Of a DNA stretch of 30,837 nucleotides, positions 7,294-16,474 are shown piece by piece. The position numbers were made by a program, and so were the translations under genes. The notes below the pieces were generated by a model. The model ran no database searches. It was given only the letters and a program-made list of their open reading frames with translations, and had not been told where the DNA came from. How positions within the stretch are numbered: the first letter of the stretch is position 1; each line of letters opens with the position of its first letter. The stretch covers positions 1-30,837 of the forward strand of contig CAZXCX010000001.1 of assembly GCA_964639375.1 (NCBI GenBank), read 5' to 3'. This DNA comes from an uncultured Candidatus Bathyarchaeia archaeon. GTDB taxonomy: Archaea; Thermoproteota; Bathyarchaeia; Bathyarchaeales; Bathycorpusculaceae.

Positions 7294-9198
7294 TTATGGT
7301 GGGCTCGAGTGCTTATTGTTTTTCCTTTTACGAAGATAGTACGCCGCGGCGAATCCACTGCCTGTTGCCATAATGGCTACTGCGGTGGCGGCGACTAATG
7401 TTGTTGGGAAAGGCTCTGATGGTTGAGCTTGCTTTGTGAGTATTATGACAACTTTGTGGCTGCTGTGCGTGTAGTTAATTGTTAAAATCCATGCATACTC
7501 TGTTAAATCCAATGCGTATTCAATGGGTTTGTCGTCGAAATAGACCGTGATGTCTTCACCTTTGTCTGCGAGGGTTCTTGCAATCCGTATTATCGCGTAA
7601 CCACTTGTTCCCTCTGGACCTGTGGCTAAGAAGCTTATTGCTTGTTCTGTCTCATTAAAGGCGAGTTCAGTTATTATAGAGTTGGATTCTACATCATAGA
7701 GGAGGACTGGCGGTATGTAGGCTGTGCTTTCTGGGGTCCATATCTGATTGGAGGTCAGTTGGGTGACTTCATCGGTTTTGATGTTTACTCCATTAAATAA
7801 TATGTTGATAATACTATACCAGCCAGTCTGAGTTTGATTGTATGTCACCGTTGAAGAAACGGTTTGTGTGGTGCCGTTTGGAAACTTGATTGTCCACGAC
7901 GTAGGTTTGACAGGGGCGCCATCGTTGTCGTAGAACAACGGGTCTATGGTCAGACTGTAGACTCTGCATTTTATATTGGGATTGCCGTTAAGTGAGTCGA
8001 AGGTGAAGGGTTCTTCAGGTTTTATCTCGGTTCCCTGCCATATAACAGAATGCAGTACCGTTATTCCAGTTGGAATCTGATATGTTCCTACCTGTAGCGG
8101 ATGAGAAGTTGTGCCGTTTGGAAAAATTAGCCTAAAAGACGAAGGCCTAGCGTACAGCAAGTTTCCATCGTTATCTCTGAAGCTGCTTGTGAAATCAACC
8201 ATTTTGTAACTGGTTTTTGGAATTATGAACGGGGTCATTAATGGGTAGTTGTCAATGTTGTCAGGGTCAATTACGCGAGGTGTGTCGGCAATGCCATCAC
8301 TTCCAGGAGCGGTCTGATCTTGCCCACTCTTTACGTCAATACCGCTGTTGTCGCTCCAGTAGTTTCCTCCAGAGGGATATCCATTGTCCCACGCATTGGT
8401 TGAGCCTTCACCCACATAGGCTTGTTGAGTGTTGTCTATGAAGTTGTTATGGAAAATCTTATTGTCCGAACAGGGACCGTGCCCTTCTGGATATGCTCCC
8501 AGATGGACTCCAGTAGTACAGCTGATAATAGTGTTTTCGAAAACATGGTTATTGGAATTATAAAAGTTGACTACAATACCTACCTCTGCTGATATTGTGT
8601 TCCTGAAAATGAGGTTATTGGACATGTACTGCCCTCCGAGAAGGATGCCATCACTCCATGTTTGGACATTATTGTACGAGACGATGTTGTCTGAGCCGCC
8701 TAAATCTATCCCAACATTCGTATTTGAAAAGGTATTATTTACGAGTTTGTTTCCGTCACAGTCATACACCGCTATTGCGGTCATCCATCCCGTGATAATG
8801 CAGTTGCTAATGGAGGCTGCAGTAGTTGTATGCTGGTTGCCTATGACTTGCACGCCATAGGTGAATCTTCCTAGTTTGCTCCATATTCCAGAGCCATCCA
8901 ATGTGAGTGAGTTAATTGTAACATTCTGGGCAGTAACTGTGATTCCTCCCTTGATTATTGATAATGTTGGGTTCTCCCCTTTTAGAAAGACTGGTTTGTT
9001 TGCAGTCACATTCTCATAATACGTACCTGATTTGACAAATACAGTATCTCCATTGTTTGCGTTGTTGATAGCTTCTTGGATTGTGGAAAAATCGGTTGGA
9101 ACAATTACCGTTGCTGCACTTGCTGTTTTGACCAAGTGGAATGGAGCTAATGCTGAGACTAACAGTGCCAAGATGAGTGCTAATGCTGTTTTCTTCAT
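7294..9198 (-). CDS. Cell-surface protein with a NosD/right-handed beta-helix domain, repeated Ig-like modules and a C-terminal anchor
   Basis: Signal peptide; IIVPTDFSTIQEAINNA..GDTVFVKSGTYYENV; IFHNNFIDN...NAWDNGYPSGGNYWSD; C-terminal EPFPT, TM helix and RKRK tail. Confidence 0.88.
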   Translation of the reverse strand: MKKTALALILALLVSALAPFHLVKTASAATVIVPTDFSTIQEAINNANNGDTVFVKSGTYYENVTANKPVFLKGENPTLSIIKGGITVTAQNVTINSLTLDGSGIWSKLGRFTYGVQVIGNQHTTTAASISNCIITGWMTAIAVYDCDGNKLVNNTFSNTNVGIDLGGSDNIVSYNNVQTWSDGILLGGQYMSNNLIFRNTISAEVGIVVNFYNSNNHVFENTIISCTTGVHLGAYPEGHGPCSDNKIFHNNFIDNTQQAYVGEGSTNAWDNGYPSGGNYWSDNSGIDVKSGQDQTAPGSDGIADTPRVIDPDNIDNYPLMTPFIIPKTSYKMVDFTSSFRDNDGNLLYARPSSFRLIFPNGTTSHPLQVGTYQIPTGITVLHSVIWQGTEIKPEEPFTFDSLNGNPNIKCRVYSLTIDPLFYDNDGAPVKPTSWTIKFPNGTTQTVSSTVTYNQTQTGWYSIINILFNGVNIKTDEVTQLTSNQIWTPESTAYIPPVLLYDVESNSIITELAFNETEQAISFLATGPEGTSGYAIIRIARTLADKGEDITVYFDDKPIEYALDLTEYAWILTINYTHSSHKVVIILTKQAQPSEPFPTTLVAATAVAIMATGSGFAAAYYLRKRKNNKHSSPP

Positions 9199-10578
9199 TT
9201 AGGACTCAACCTCACGTTTGCGTTTCTTGAAGTAGAAAAGAAGACCTATGCCCACAACTACCACTATTATTACGAAGGATGCAACTAAAATTGTTGTGAA
9301 CAGCCATGTTTCTATGGGCTCAGGTGATGAGGTAGGCAAAGGAGTCATGCTTGGTTTTGAGGCGAGCCTTTCTACCATTATATCCGTAACGGCACCTCTT
9401 GACGGTGTATCAGGATGCTCTATATTTCCTGTAAGAGCGTATGCTCCATCTTTTGTCTGTATTGCTGAACGAATAGAGCAATTTGAATTGTATGTCCATT
9501 CAATATTCCCTTTTAAGTCGGTTTTAATGAGAGAATGACCGCCATAGACGAAGTTAGTAAACAAGTAACCATCATTAACACTATCCTCTATCGAGAAAGA
9601 TGAATAGTCTTCATATGCCCTATTCCATACAATGTTAAAAGCAGCGTCTAATTTCATCACATAAGCCTTCTCATATCTTCCTTGATACCCCGCAAAGACA
9701 AAGTCACCTTCCTTCGTTTTTAGCATTGAACCAAACCTAATGTCGTTATAGGTTTTTGTCCATTGAATCTTACCCATAGAATCTGTTTTGACAATAATTG
9801 CCCCATCTAAATAACCCGCAAACAAAAAGCCCTTATCATCAGTTTCAACAATGTTTTGAAAACCATTCTGCATAGTTCCATCATTTTCCTCTTCAACACC
9901 ATAGTAGTTTATCCATAACATGTTGCCAGACGAGTCTGTCTTCATTAACCATGCTTCATAATAGTAATCGTAATGCTCGTATCCTTGCTTGGTTCCTCCA
10001 AGAACAAATCCACCATCGTTGGTTTGTACAACTGAATTAACGGAAAGTCTACTTCTTTGAACCGAAGTTGGTGTGACATCTGTTTGGTTCTCATAAGGTT
10101 GATTCCATAAAACATTACCTTCTGAGTCTGTTTCAACTAAGGAAATGAAATAACCATATATAGGCAAACCAAGGTGGTCTGACCCTACAGGTCTTCGTGT
10201 CCATCCTGCAATGGCAAATCCGCCATCTCTTGTTGCAATCAAAGTGACTGGACTGACGGGTAATTGTTTTCTCCACTTGACATCGCCATTCAAATCTATT
10301 TTAAACAAAACACCTGTTCTGTTTGTGTAATCGTATTCACTGTGTCCAAAGTAATACCAATCCGTCCCAGCCTCTGCTGCAATTACCAAGTCGGTATCGT
10401 TAACTTGCACGATAGAGACTCCAGATATGTAGCCGTAGGTTTTGCTCCACTGTACCTGTGGCGCTTCAGTATCAGCTTTCCAAGAAGGAACAGAAGCAAC
10501 CAGCAATAACAAAAGTAAGAGTGCCGAGATGAGTGTTACTGCTAATGCCGTTCTCTTCACAACAGCACCAAATAACAA
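9199..10578 (-). CDS. Cell-surface beta-propeller-like repeat protein with a C-terminal anchor (start may be the GTG at 10560)
   Basis: Repeated QT.DGG(F/Y).(L/I)AG and L.KTDS.GN.(L/Q)W...Y units; signal peptide; C-terminal PEP, TM helix and KKRKR tail. Confidence 0.85.
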   Translation of the reverse strand: MLFGAVVKRTALAVTLISALLLLLLLVASVPSWKADTEAPQVQWSKTYGYISGVSIVQVNDTDLVIAAEAGTDWYYFGHSEYDYTNRTGVLFKIDLNGDVKWRKQLPVSPVTLIATRDGGFAIAGWTRRPVGSDHLGLPIYGYFISLVETDSEGNVLWNQPYENQTDVTPTSVQRSRLSVNSVVQTNDGGFVLGGTKQGYEHYDYYYEAWLMKTDSSGNMLWINYYGVEEENDGTMQNGFQNIVETDDKGFLFAGYLDGAIIVKTDSMGKIQWTKTYNDIRFGSMLKTKEGDFVFAGYQGRYEKAYVMKLDAAFNIVWNRAYEDYSSFSIEDSVNDGYLFTNFVYGGHSLIKTDLKGNIEWTYNSNCSIRSAIQTKDGAYALTGNIEHPDTPSRGAVTDIMVERLASKPSMTPLPTSSPEPIETWLFTTILVASFVIIVVVVGIGLLFYFKKRKREVES

Positions 10579-10760
10579 TACGTTAAACTAGCCCTTATCT
10601 TTTATGGAAAAACCTAATATGCAAAACGTCAGCTCCGCATCAAAGTGAACTCGCGTTTCAGCCTTTATATAAGGGGGGTATAGTCTTTTCCGAGCACTAG
10701 AGAACACAACCCCACACCAAACAGCAATTTACAGAATCACAAGTCACAAATGAGGCATAA

Positions 10761-11468
10761 CTATTCTTTAGGCTTCAGAAACGCTTCTTTTATGTCCATG
10801 TAAAGCCAGTTTCTCTTCCAGTTTTTCGCTTTTTCCTTGTATTTTTTCTTTTTGAATTTGCCGATTTCGACGCATTCCTTAAAGAGCGGTGCATCAAGAA
10901 CCATAGTGTGAAAACCTCGCCCATCTTCACTGCAGACATCAATATCCTGCTCGTCAGCCAGCACCTTCAACTCTTTTATGGAAGCCTCATTGAGTTCGCG
11001 ACCCAACCACTCTTCGCCAAGGTAATCCACGTTTATGCAGTTCATGATGGGTTTTATGCCTGCAGCTATCTCTTCCTTCAAAACGTGGTAGGTGTCCTTG
11101 GACGGATTCTCATTCGGCATTATCAATGTCATGCCTAACTGTTCGCACATGGCATTATAGTAAGTCTGATGTATCTGCGCGCAGCCCGCGCCGACGATGT
11201 CTCCAGTCACAAATCCCTCGATTCCTTCCTCTTTTTTAAGACGAGCAAGGGTCGCGAGGATATCTTCGTACGGCTTTTTAATTTTAACCTTAATTTGTGG
11301 GATTCCTAGAGCTTTGGATTGCAGTTCCATCACTGGAACGCTGTGAAAAACATACGGCTGTTTGTAAATATAGGAAAGAAGATAGGCAACACCATGACCC
11401 TGCTCAACCACCTTATGATAAGCCAAGCAACATTCTTTGCCGCCGCTCCAGTGGACGACAACTTTCAT
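10761..11468 (-). CDS. Dph6/DUF71-like PP-loop ATPase, paralog 2 (divergent)
   Basis: HWSGGKEC, EGFVTGDI and GFHTMVLDAPLF motifs; clear paralog of 6417-7163. Confidence 0.82.
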   Translation of the reverse strand: MKVVVHWSGGKECCLAYHKVVEQGHGVAYLLSYIYKQPYVFHSVPVMELQSKALGIPQIKVKIKKPYEDILATLARLKKEEGIEGFVTGDIVGAGCAQIHQTYYNAMCEQLGMTLIMPNENPSKDTYHVLKEEIAAGIKPIMNCINVDYLGEEWLGRELNEASIKELKVLADEQDIDVCSEDGRGFHTMVLDAPLFKECVEIGKFKKKKYKEKAKNWKRNWLYMDIKEAFLKPKE

Positions 11469-11576
11469 ACAACCACATCCATCATTCGAGGGGTTAGAGC
11501 AAAGAACAATTATTAAAGTTTCTGCTGTTTCATTTTAAGCAAAACTATAAACAAAAGAAGGCGGTTTGCGTTTATT

Positions 11577-13028
11577 TCATTTCTTTCCTAACAGGACTTT
11601 TAGTGCTTTTTTTGGGTTTCGAATGGCTTTTATTAGCTTGTTGCGGGTGAAAGTGGGATTCACCAAATTGGCTAGTGCGCATAATTCACGCAAATCGTCT
11701 GCAGTGAATTCTGGAGTTTCAATGAGAGGTTCAGCCGCAGCTAAAGCTTCATCGCTGAAGCCTTCCTTTAAGAAACCGCCACGTCTCGCTTGTTCGTAGA
11801 GTTCAGTCCCATAGATTGGGGTTGCTATGCTGAAAATGAAGCTTTCGGCACCTAGTTTTCTGAGTTTATAAGCAAACTTTATTGTTTGTTTTATTTCTTC
11901 TTTTGTTTCGCCTATAAGCCCGATTACAAAGAAGCATCCTACTCTGATTCCAACTTTTTTGCATAGGACTACGGCTTGTTCTACCTTTTTTAGGTCTAGG
12001 TTCTTTTTGATTACTTGGTTGACAACACGTTGAACGCCAGACTCTGGGGCGATTCGTATTTTCTTGCAACCAGAGTTTTTCATTTTCTTCAAAAGTTCTT
12101 GGTCAAGAGTGTCCGCTCTGACGCCGTTTGGGGTGAACCATTCAATGTCTAATCCTCTTTTCACTATTAGGTCGCAGATGTTTTCCATTCTTTTTTTGTC
12201 TAATGTCATGTTTTCGTCGCTGAAGTCTAATTGCTTAATGTGGTAGGTGTTAATTATTTGTTCTAATTCATCAACCACATTCTCTGGGCTTCTACCACGC
12301 CATTTACGTCCCATGACTGTGTGAATGGAGCAAAAAACGCAGTTAAATGGGCAACCTCTGCTTGTGACCATTGTGGCCCATGGTTGGCTTATTTCTCCTC
12401 GCAAGGGGATTTCTTTTATTGCGTCAAAATATGTTTGCATTGGAAGTAGGTGCCTTGCTGGAAAGGGCAGGGAATCTAAATCTTGAATTGTTGGTCTTGA
12501 GGGAGTGATGATTATTTCTTGGTTTTTGATGTAGCCTATTCCTCTTATCTTCTTTAGGTCTTTTGTGGCTCCTTTTTCCAGTTCTTTGACTAATTCTTCA
12601 ATGGTGCGTTCTGCTTCCCCTATTATGACATAGTCGGTGTTGGGGTGGCTGAGGCATTCTGTGGGTCTCGCAGAGGGATCTAATCCGCTCAGGATGGTGA
12701 TAATGTTTTTGTCAATGCTTTTTACAATTGATGCTACTTCGTATGCGGGTTTCCACCATCCGGAAAATGGGATGTTTATATTTACGGCATCTGGTGCCCA
12801 CTGTTTGATCCTAGCTGTTATCTCTTCTTTTTTTAATCCTTGGCGGTATTTAGTTGTGTCTATTTCTTTTAGATTGTTCCAGCCTTCGTTGGCAGAGTCA
12901 ATTATTTTCACTTCGTGTTCTTTCTCGAGCACGGCTGCTGCATATGCTATTTCTATGGGTTGAAGTATGCTTGGTTTTCCCCATAATTTCGGTTGAATTC
13001 GAGGTGGATTAATCAAACAAATGCGCAT
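11577..13028 (-). CDS. Cobalamin-binding radical SAM protein
   Basis: N-terminal B12-binding Rossmann-like domain, SRGCPFNCVFC (CxxxCxxC), DENMT, and a PESG motif. Confidence 0.92.
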   Translation of the reverse strand: MRICLINPPRIQPKLWGKPSILQPIEIAYAAAVLEKEHEVKIIDSANEGWNNLKEIDTTKYRQGLKKEEITARIKQWAPDAVNINIPFSGWWKPAYEVASIVKSIDKNIITILSGLDPSARPTECLSHPNTDYVIIGEAERTIEELVKELEKGATKDLKKIRGIGYIKNQEIIITPSRPTIQDLDSLPFPARHLLPMQTYFDAIKEIPLRGEISQPWATMVTSRGCPFNCVFCSIHTVMGRKWRGRSPENVVDELEQIINTYHIKQLDFSDENMTLDKKRMENICDLIVKRGLDIEWFTPNGVRADTLDQELLKKMKNSGCKKIRIAPESGVQRVVNQVIKKNLDLKKVEQAVVLCKKVGIRVGCFFVIGLIGETKEEIKQTIKFAYKLRKLGAESFIFSIATPIYGTELYEQARRGGFLKEGFSDEALAAAEPLIETPEFTADDLRELCALANLVNPTFTRNKLIKAIRNPKKALKVLLGKK

Positions 13029-13179
13029 TTTTGTTCCCTGCGTTGTGCATTTTGTGAAAAGGACGTGTTTTTGCTGGAAAGCTGTCCTCTCATTTTATGG
13101 GGCATCTCTTGACAAGTTTATTGTTTCATGCTGTGATTAATACGTTTTGTACAGCGAGAATTGAAAACGGGGATTTTAA

Positions 13180-14184
13180 TTAGTAGGGGAAGAAGTACAA
13201 TCTTATTAGCAAGATGATGGGAAGGCTTAAAAGTATACATAGGATCATGGTCATGTTGCGGATTTTTAATGCAAGCAATATTTTATGCGAAGAAAGAGTT
13301 TCAGTTGGCTCTCCGAGGATGTATTGACCCGGTTTTTCCAATTGTACCCGTAATGCACCAGCCATGGCTGCCATAGGCCAACCGTGATTTCTGCTGGGGG
13401 TTTTGTCGTGATCTCGGCGGGCAATTGCCCATGCGTTCTTGTAGTCTTCGCCCAGTATAGCTGAGGCTAACACTATGAGAACTGCAGTTAATCGTGCTGG
13501 AACGTAGTTGACTATGGTGTCGAGATTTGCGGAAAACCAACCGATGTGGATGTGCTCACTGTCTTTAAATCCCACCATGCCGTCGAGCGTGTTGACGGCT
13601 CTGAACGCGATAGCGCCTGAAACGCCTAAAAAGGCGTAGGAGAGGATTGGCGAGAGCTTGAAATCTATCAGATTTTCTGCCATGGATTCAATTACTGCTG
13701 AACTCATCTGAGTGCCAGTCAGGTCTTTTGAGTCTCTTCGCGAGAAATGAGAGTATCTTCTCGCTTCATCCAGATCGCCAGATGCGATTGCTTTGGTTGC
13801 GGCTTTGGCCCAGTCAGTTTCGAGTTTTATGCAGATAGTTAATTTCAAGAGTAGAACGGCTACGAGAGCATAGAAGAGGAAACCCAGCCAAGTGTAGATT
13901 AGGAGCAAACCGAGATAGACAGGAAGCGTGAAGACAATTATTATTATTAAGGCTAGGAAGACGCCGTTTAATTTTTCTATTTTCGGGTTTGAGTTTTTAA
14001 GTTTAGGCTCTAATGCGCGGGTTAGTTTGCCCATCCACACTGTTGGATGCAGTTTGTACGTAGCCTTCCACGGGCTGTTTGGAGAGGGATCCCCGAACAG
14101 CAGATCTACTACTATCGCTAAAATAAGGATGCAAACAGCAACTAATGCGGTTAAGATGTTAATCACCAGTTGGGATAGATACAT
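13180..14184 (-). CDS. cbiB: Adenosylcobinamide-phosphate synthase CbiB/CobD
   Basis: DLLFGDP...HPTVWMG, ESMAENLID, RAVNTLDGMVG, LDTIVNYVPARLT and SRNHGWPMAAMAGALRVQL are CobD/CbiB signatures. Confidence 0.92.
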   Translation of the reverse strand: MYLSQLVINILTALVAVCILILAIVVDLLFGDPSPNSPWKATYKLHPTVWMGKLTRALEPKLKNSNPKIEKLNGVFLALIIIIVFTLPVYLGLLLIYTWLGFLFYALVAVLLLKLTICIKLETDWAKAATKAIASGDLDEARRYSHFSRRDSKDLTGTQMSSAVIESMAENLIDFKLSPILSYAFLGVSGAIAFRAVNTLDGMVGFKDSEHIHIGWFSANLDTIVNYVPARLTAVLIVLASAILGEDYKNAWAIARRDHDKTPSRNHGWPMAAMAGALRVQLEKPGQYILGEPTETLSSHKILLALKIRNMTMILCILLSLPIILLIRLYFFPY

Positions 14185-14254
14185 TTCTGATGCAGTTGGA
14201 AAATTTATCTGTATCGATTATGCTTGGCTTAGCGCGCGCCCCTCGAAACAATAC

Positions 14255-14263
14255 ATATAAAAA
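14255..14263. promoter_or_regulatory. Probable bidirectional TATA box for cbiB (-) and the 14287 gene (+)
   Basis: atataaaaa in the short divergent intergenic region, about 25 nt upstream of the ATG at 14287. Confidence 0.5.
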
Positions 14264-14286
14264 CTATTGAACCAAATAGAAAAAGT

Positions 14287-15189
14287 ATGAAGAAATCGCT
14301 AATAGTACTCTTTGTTGTTATCGTAATATGCAGTCTATTGACGATTTTGCTACTACTAAAGTTGCCCTCGGCGCCTTCTGACGCGCCCGCGCTACCAACT
14401 CCCATAAGCACTGTGCAACCGACAAATCAGGCGTTACAGCAAGCAATAAACCACGGCATTACCTACTTGAGGCAGACCGAGCACCCCATCGGTTTGTTAA
14501 TGCTTAACGTAATTTACCGACAGTTCGGCATAGCAGAATTCAAAGATTCATTGCAGCGCTACGACCAACTGTACGCTTCTAGCACCGACCCTCTAATACG
14601 AATATGGCGACGCATCGCCGACTATAACACTCCTGCCGTTCAGCCAAAGGATTTCAATTCAGTGACAGACCCGCTCAACCGCCTCACGATTCCTGCCCTC
14701 TACTCCGACCGAATCAGTCTGCCCGACGATTACCTGTCCCAGCTCACAGACGCTGTGGAGTTAGGTTTTATTTATGCGGCAAAACCCACTAATGATGGAA
14801 GCATTAATGATGGAGCCTACTTGCTGACACATGCGTTGCTGGCGACCATCTGGCTGCAAAACAACAACTGCAGTCTCCAACTACCAGAAAACTTCACAAG
14901 TACCCTATACCAAATGAACGCCGCATTAATCGGCGACGGCTCACAAGTCGACGACATTCAACTCGAAGCCGCCGCCTTCCTCTACCAGGCAGGGCAAGGC
15001 AACCTGGTTAACCCTGCCTTTGTGCAAAACGTCATCGCAGCTCAGTTTACCGACGGCGGCTGGTCTGCTACACAAGATGCACCTTACGACACAAATTGGC
15101 ACCCTTCAGTTTTAGCACTCATGATATTGCTGCATGTAGCATATCCTGCTGCATCGTACCCGCCCATGCTAGCTCCTGCACCAAGCTAA
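14287..15189 (+). CDS. Membrane-anchored hypothetical protein, possibly an alpha/alpha-toroid fold
   Basis: N-terminal TM helix, Pro-rich linker, helical body, and QFTDGGWS resembling a QW/prenyltransferase-type repeat. Confidence 0.75.
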   Translation: MKKSLIVLFVVIVICSLLTILLLLKLPSAPSDAPALPTPISTVQPTNQALQQAINHGITYLRQTEHPIGLLMLNVIYRQFGIAEFKDSLQRYDQLYASSTDPLIRIWRRIADYNTPAVQPKDFNSVTDPLNRLTIPALYSDRISLPDDYLSQLTDAVELGFIYAAKPTNDGSINDGAYLLTHALLATIWLQNNNCSLQLPENFTSTLYQMNAALIGDGSQVDDIQLEAAAFLYQAGQGNLVNPAFVQNVIAAQFTDGGWSATQDAPYDTNWHPSVLALMILLHVAYPAASYPPMLAPAPS

Positions 15190-15436
15190 TGCCAATGTAA
15201 TAGGAGCGAAAAATCCTTCTTTGAAAAATACGCCAAACATAAAATTAGTAAGCTATGAGATCGAGGAAATTGACGCGCGCGCGTGACTCTGGCTGCAACA
15301 GGGTTATTTCGATAAAATTAATATTCAACTTGGACCGTAAACATCTATCCGTTAAACATGAAAATCGGAATAGCAAATCTGATTGGTAAATGGCTCTGTT
15401 AAATGAAAAAAAGTTGAGAAAGCCGAGGATAAATAA

Positions 15437-16165
15437 ATGAGAAAGTTACTTGTATCTGCTCTTTTGAGTTGCTTGATTACATGTACTCTTGTTTCATCAG
15501 TTTCGGCGCAACTTCCTTATTTCACTGTAAACTTTGATAGACTATCCTACGATGTAGGCTCCACAGGAATGGTTATCATCAATATTCAAAATACTGATCA
15601 AGCATTTGCATATGATATAAGGGAAATGGGGTTCCAACTGTATTTACCTAGAAGTGATGGAACATTTTTCGTCACCGAGTTTTTTGGGAAAAACTATACC
15701 GACAGCCCTTTGCAAATACCTGCATACAGCAATGTAGCCGTATACATTGACTTTAACATTCCACAGAGAAGTGACCTCGTATCTGGGCTTTTCTCTTACG
15801 ATTTTAAAGTGTACATTAAAGAACAGGGTACAACCACGTATTCCCATTTTGATCCTGGACAACGTGTTGCAACATGTTATGGTTACAACTGCATTCTCCT
15901 ATCGCCTGAATCACCCCCGTTACCTACTCCGACAATTGAACCAACGCCTACTCCAACACCGACACCTTCTCCAACGCCTACTCCAACACCGACACCTTCT
16001 CCAACGCCTACTCCAACACCTATAGATTTCTTCTCAGTGGAAGTATTATTTGGAATAGGCATCATCACTGCAGTCGTAATCATAATACTCCTGGTCATGC
16101 TGAAAAAGAGGAAAAATGAGAAAAGTCCGTTTTTCCATCAAGAAAGTGCATGTCTCCGTAGTTAG
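15437..16165 (+). CDS. Cell-surface protein with a Pro-Thr linker and C-terminal anchor
   Basis: Signal peptide, beta-rich domain, (PT)n linker, TM helix and KKRK. Confidence 0.82.
   Translation: MRKLLVSALLSCLITCTLVSSVSAQLPYFTVNFDRLSYDVGSTGMVIINIQNTDQAFAYDIREMGFQLYLPRSDGTFFVTEFFGKNYTDSPLQIPAYSNVAVYIDFNIPQRSDLVSGLFSYDFKVYIKEQGTTTYSHFDPGQRVATCYGYNCILLSPESPPLPTPTIEPTPTPTPTPSPTPTPTPTPSPTPTPTPIDFFSVEVLFGIGIITAVVIIILLVMLKKRKNEKSPFFHQESACLRS
15941..16020 (+). repeat. 30-bp tandem repeat, about 2.7 copies, encoding PTPTPTPTPS
   Basis: Unit ccaacgcctactccaacaccgacaccttct starts at 15941, 15971 and 16001 (partial), with no mismatches. Confidence 0.95.
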
Positions 16166-16312
16166 AGAGCAACTGCCCAGAAACGTGTAGCGCAAGCAAA
16201 AAATAAGTTACGAGTAACATGGGAAAAATGCCTAAAACGAACCGAGCTACCTCACCTCGGCCACAATTCATGGACTTTTCCGTGATTCCGTAACACCCTT
16301 AACACATTCTCC

Positions 16313-16474
16313 TTATTTTCGTTTACGGAAGATTTTACCTTCATCGTTGTGTTCTCCTGTTGTATAGTTAAAGCCTACTTGGATTAACTCGCAAGCTTCT
16401 TCTGTGATGTGCGCTACGCGTGTTGTGATGTTGTCACTAGACTGTTTTCTCGTTGAATCCGCTTTTAGGATTCT
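16313..16474 (-). pseudogene. C-terminal remnant of an archaeal tyrosine recombinase/integrase
   Basis: The minus frame reads ...DNITTRVAHITEEACELIQVGFNYTTGEHNDEGKIFRKRK*. This matches the '(k/r)VA.t.eEA..Lie.GFeYv......K.FRKRK' tail I recognise from Bathyarchaeia-type integrases. There is no start codon. Confidence 0.6.

Noticed and set aside
15941-16020. CRISPR-like array
   Set aside because: The 30-bp units have no spacers and encode an in-frame Pro-Thr linker.
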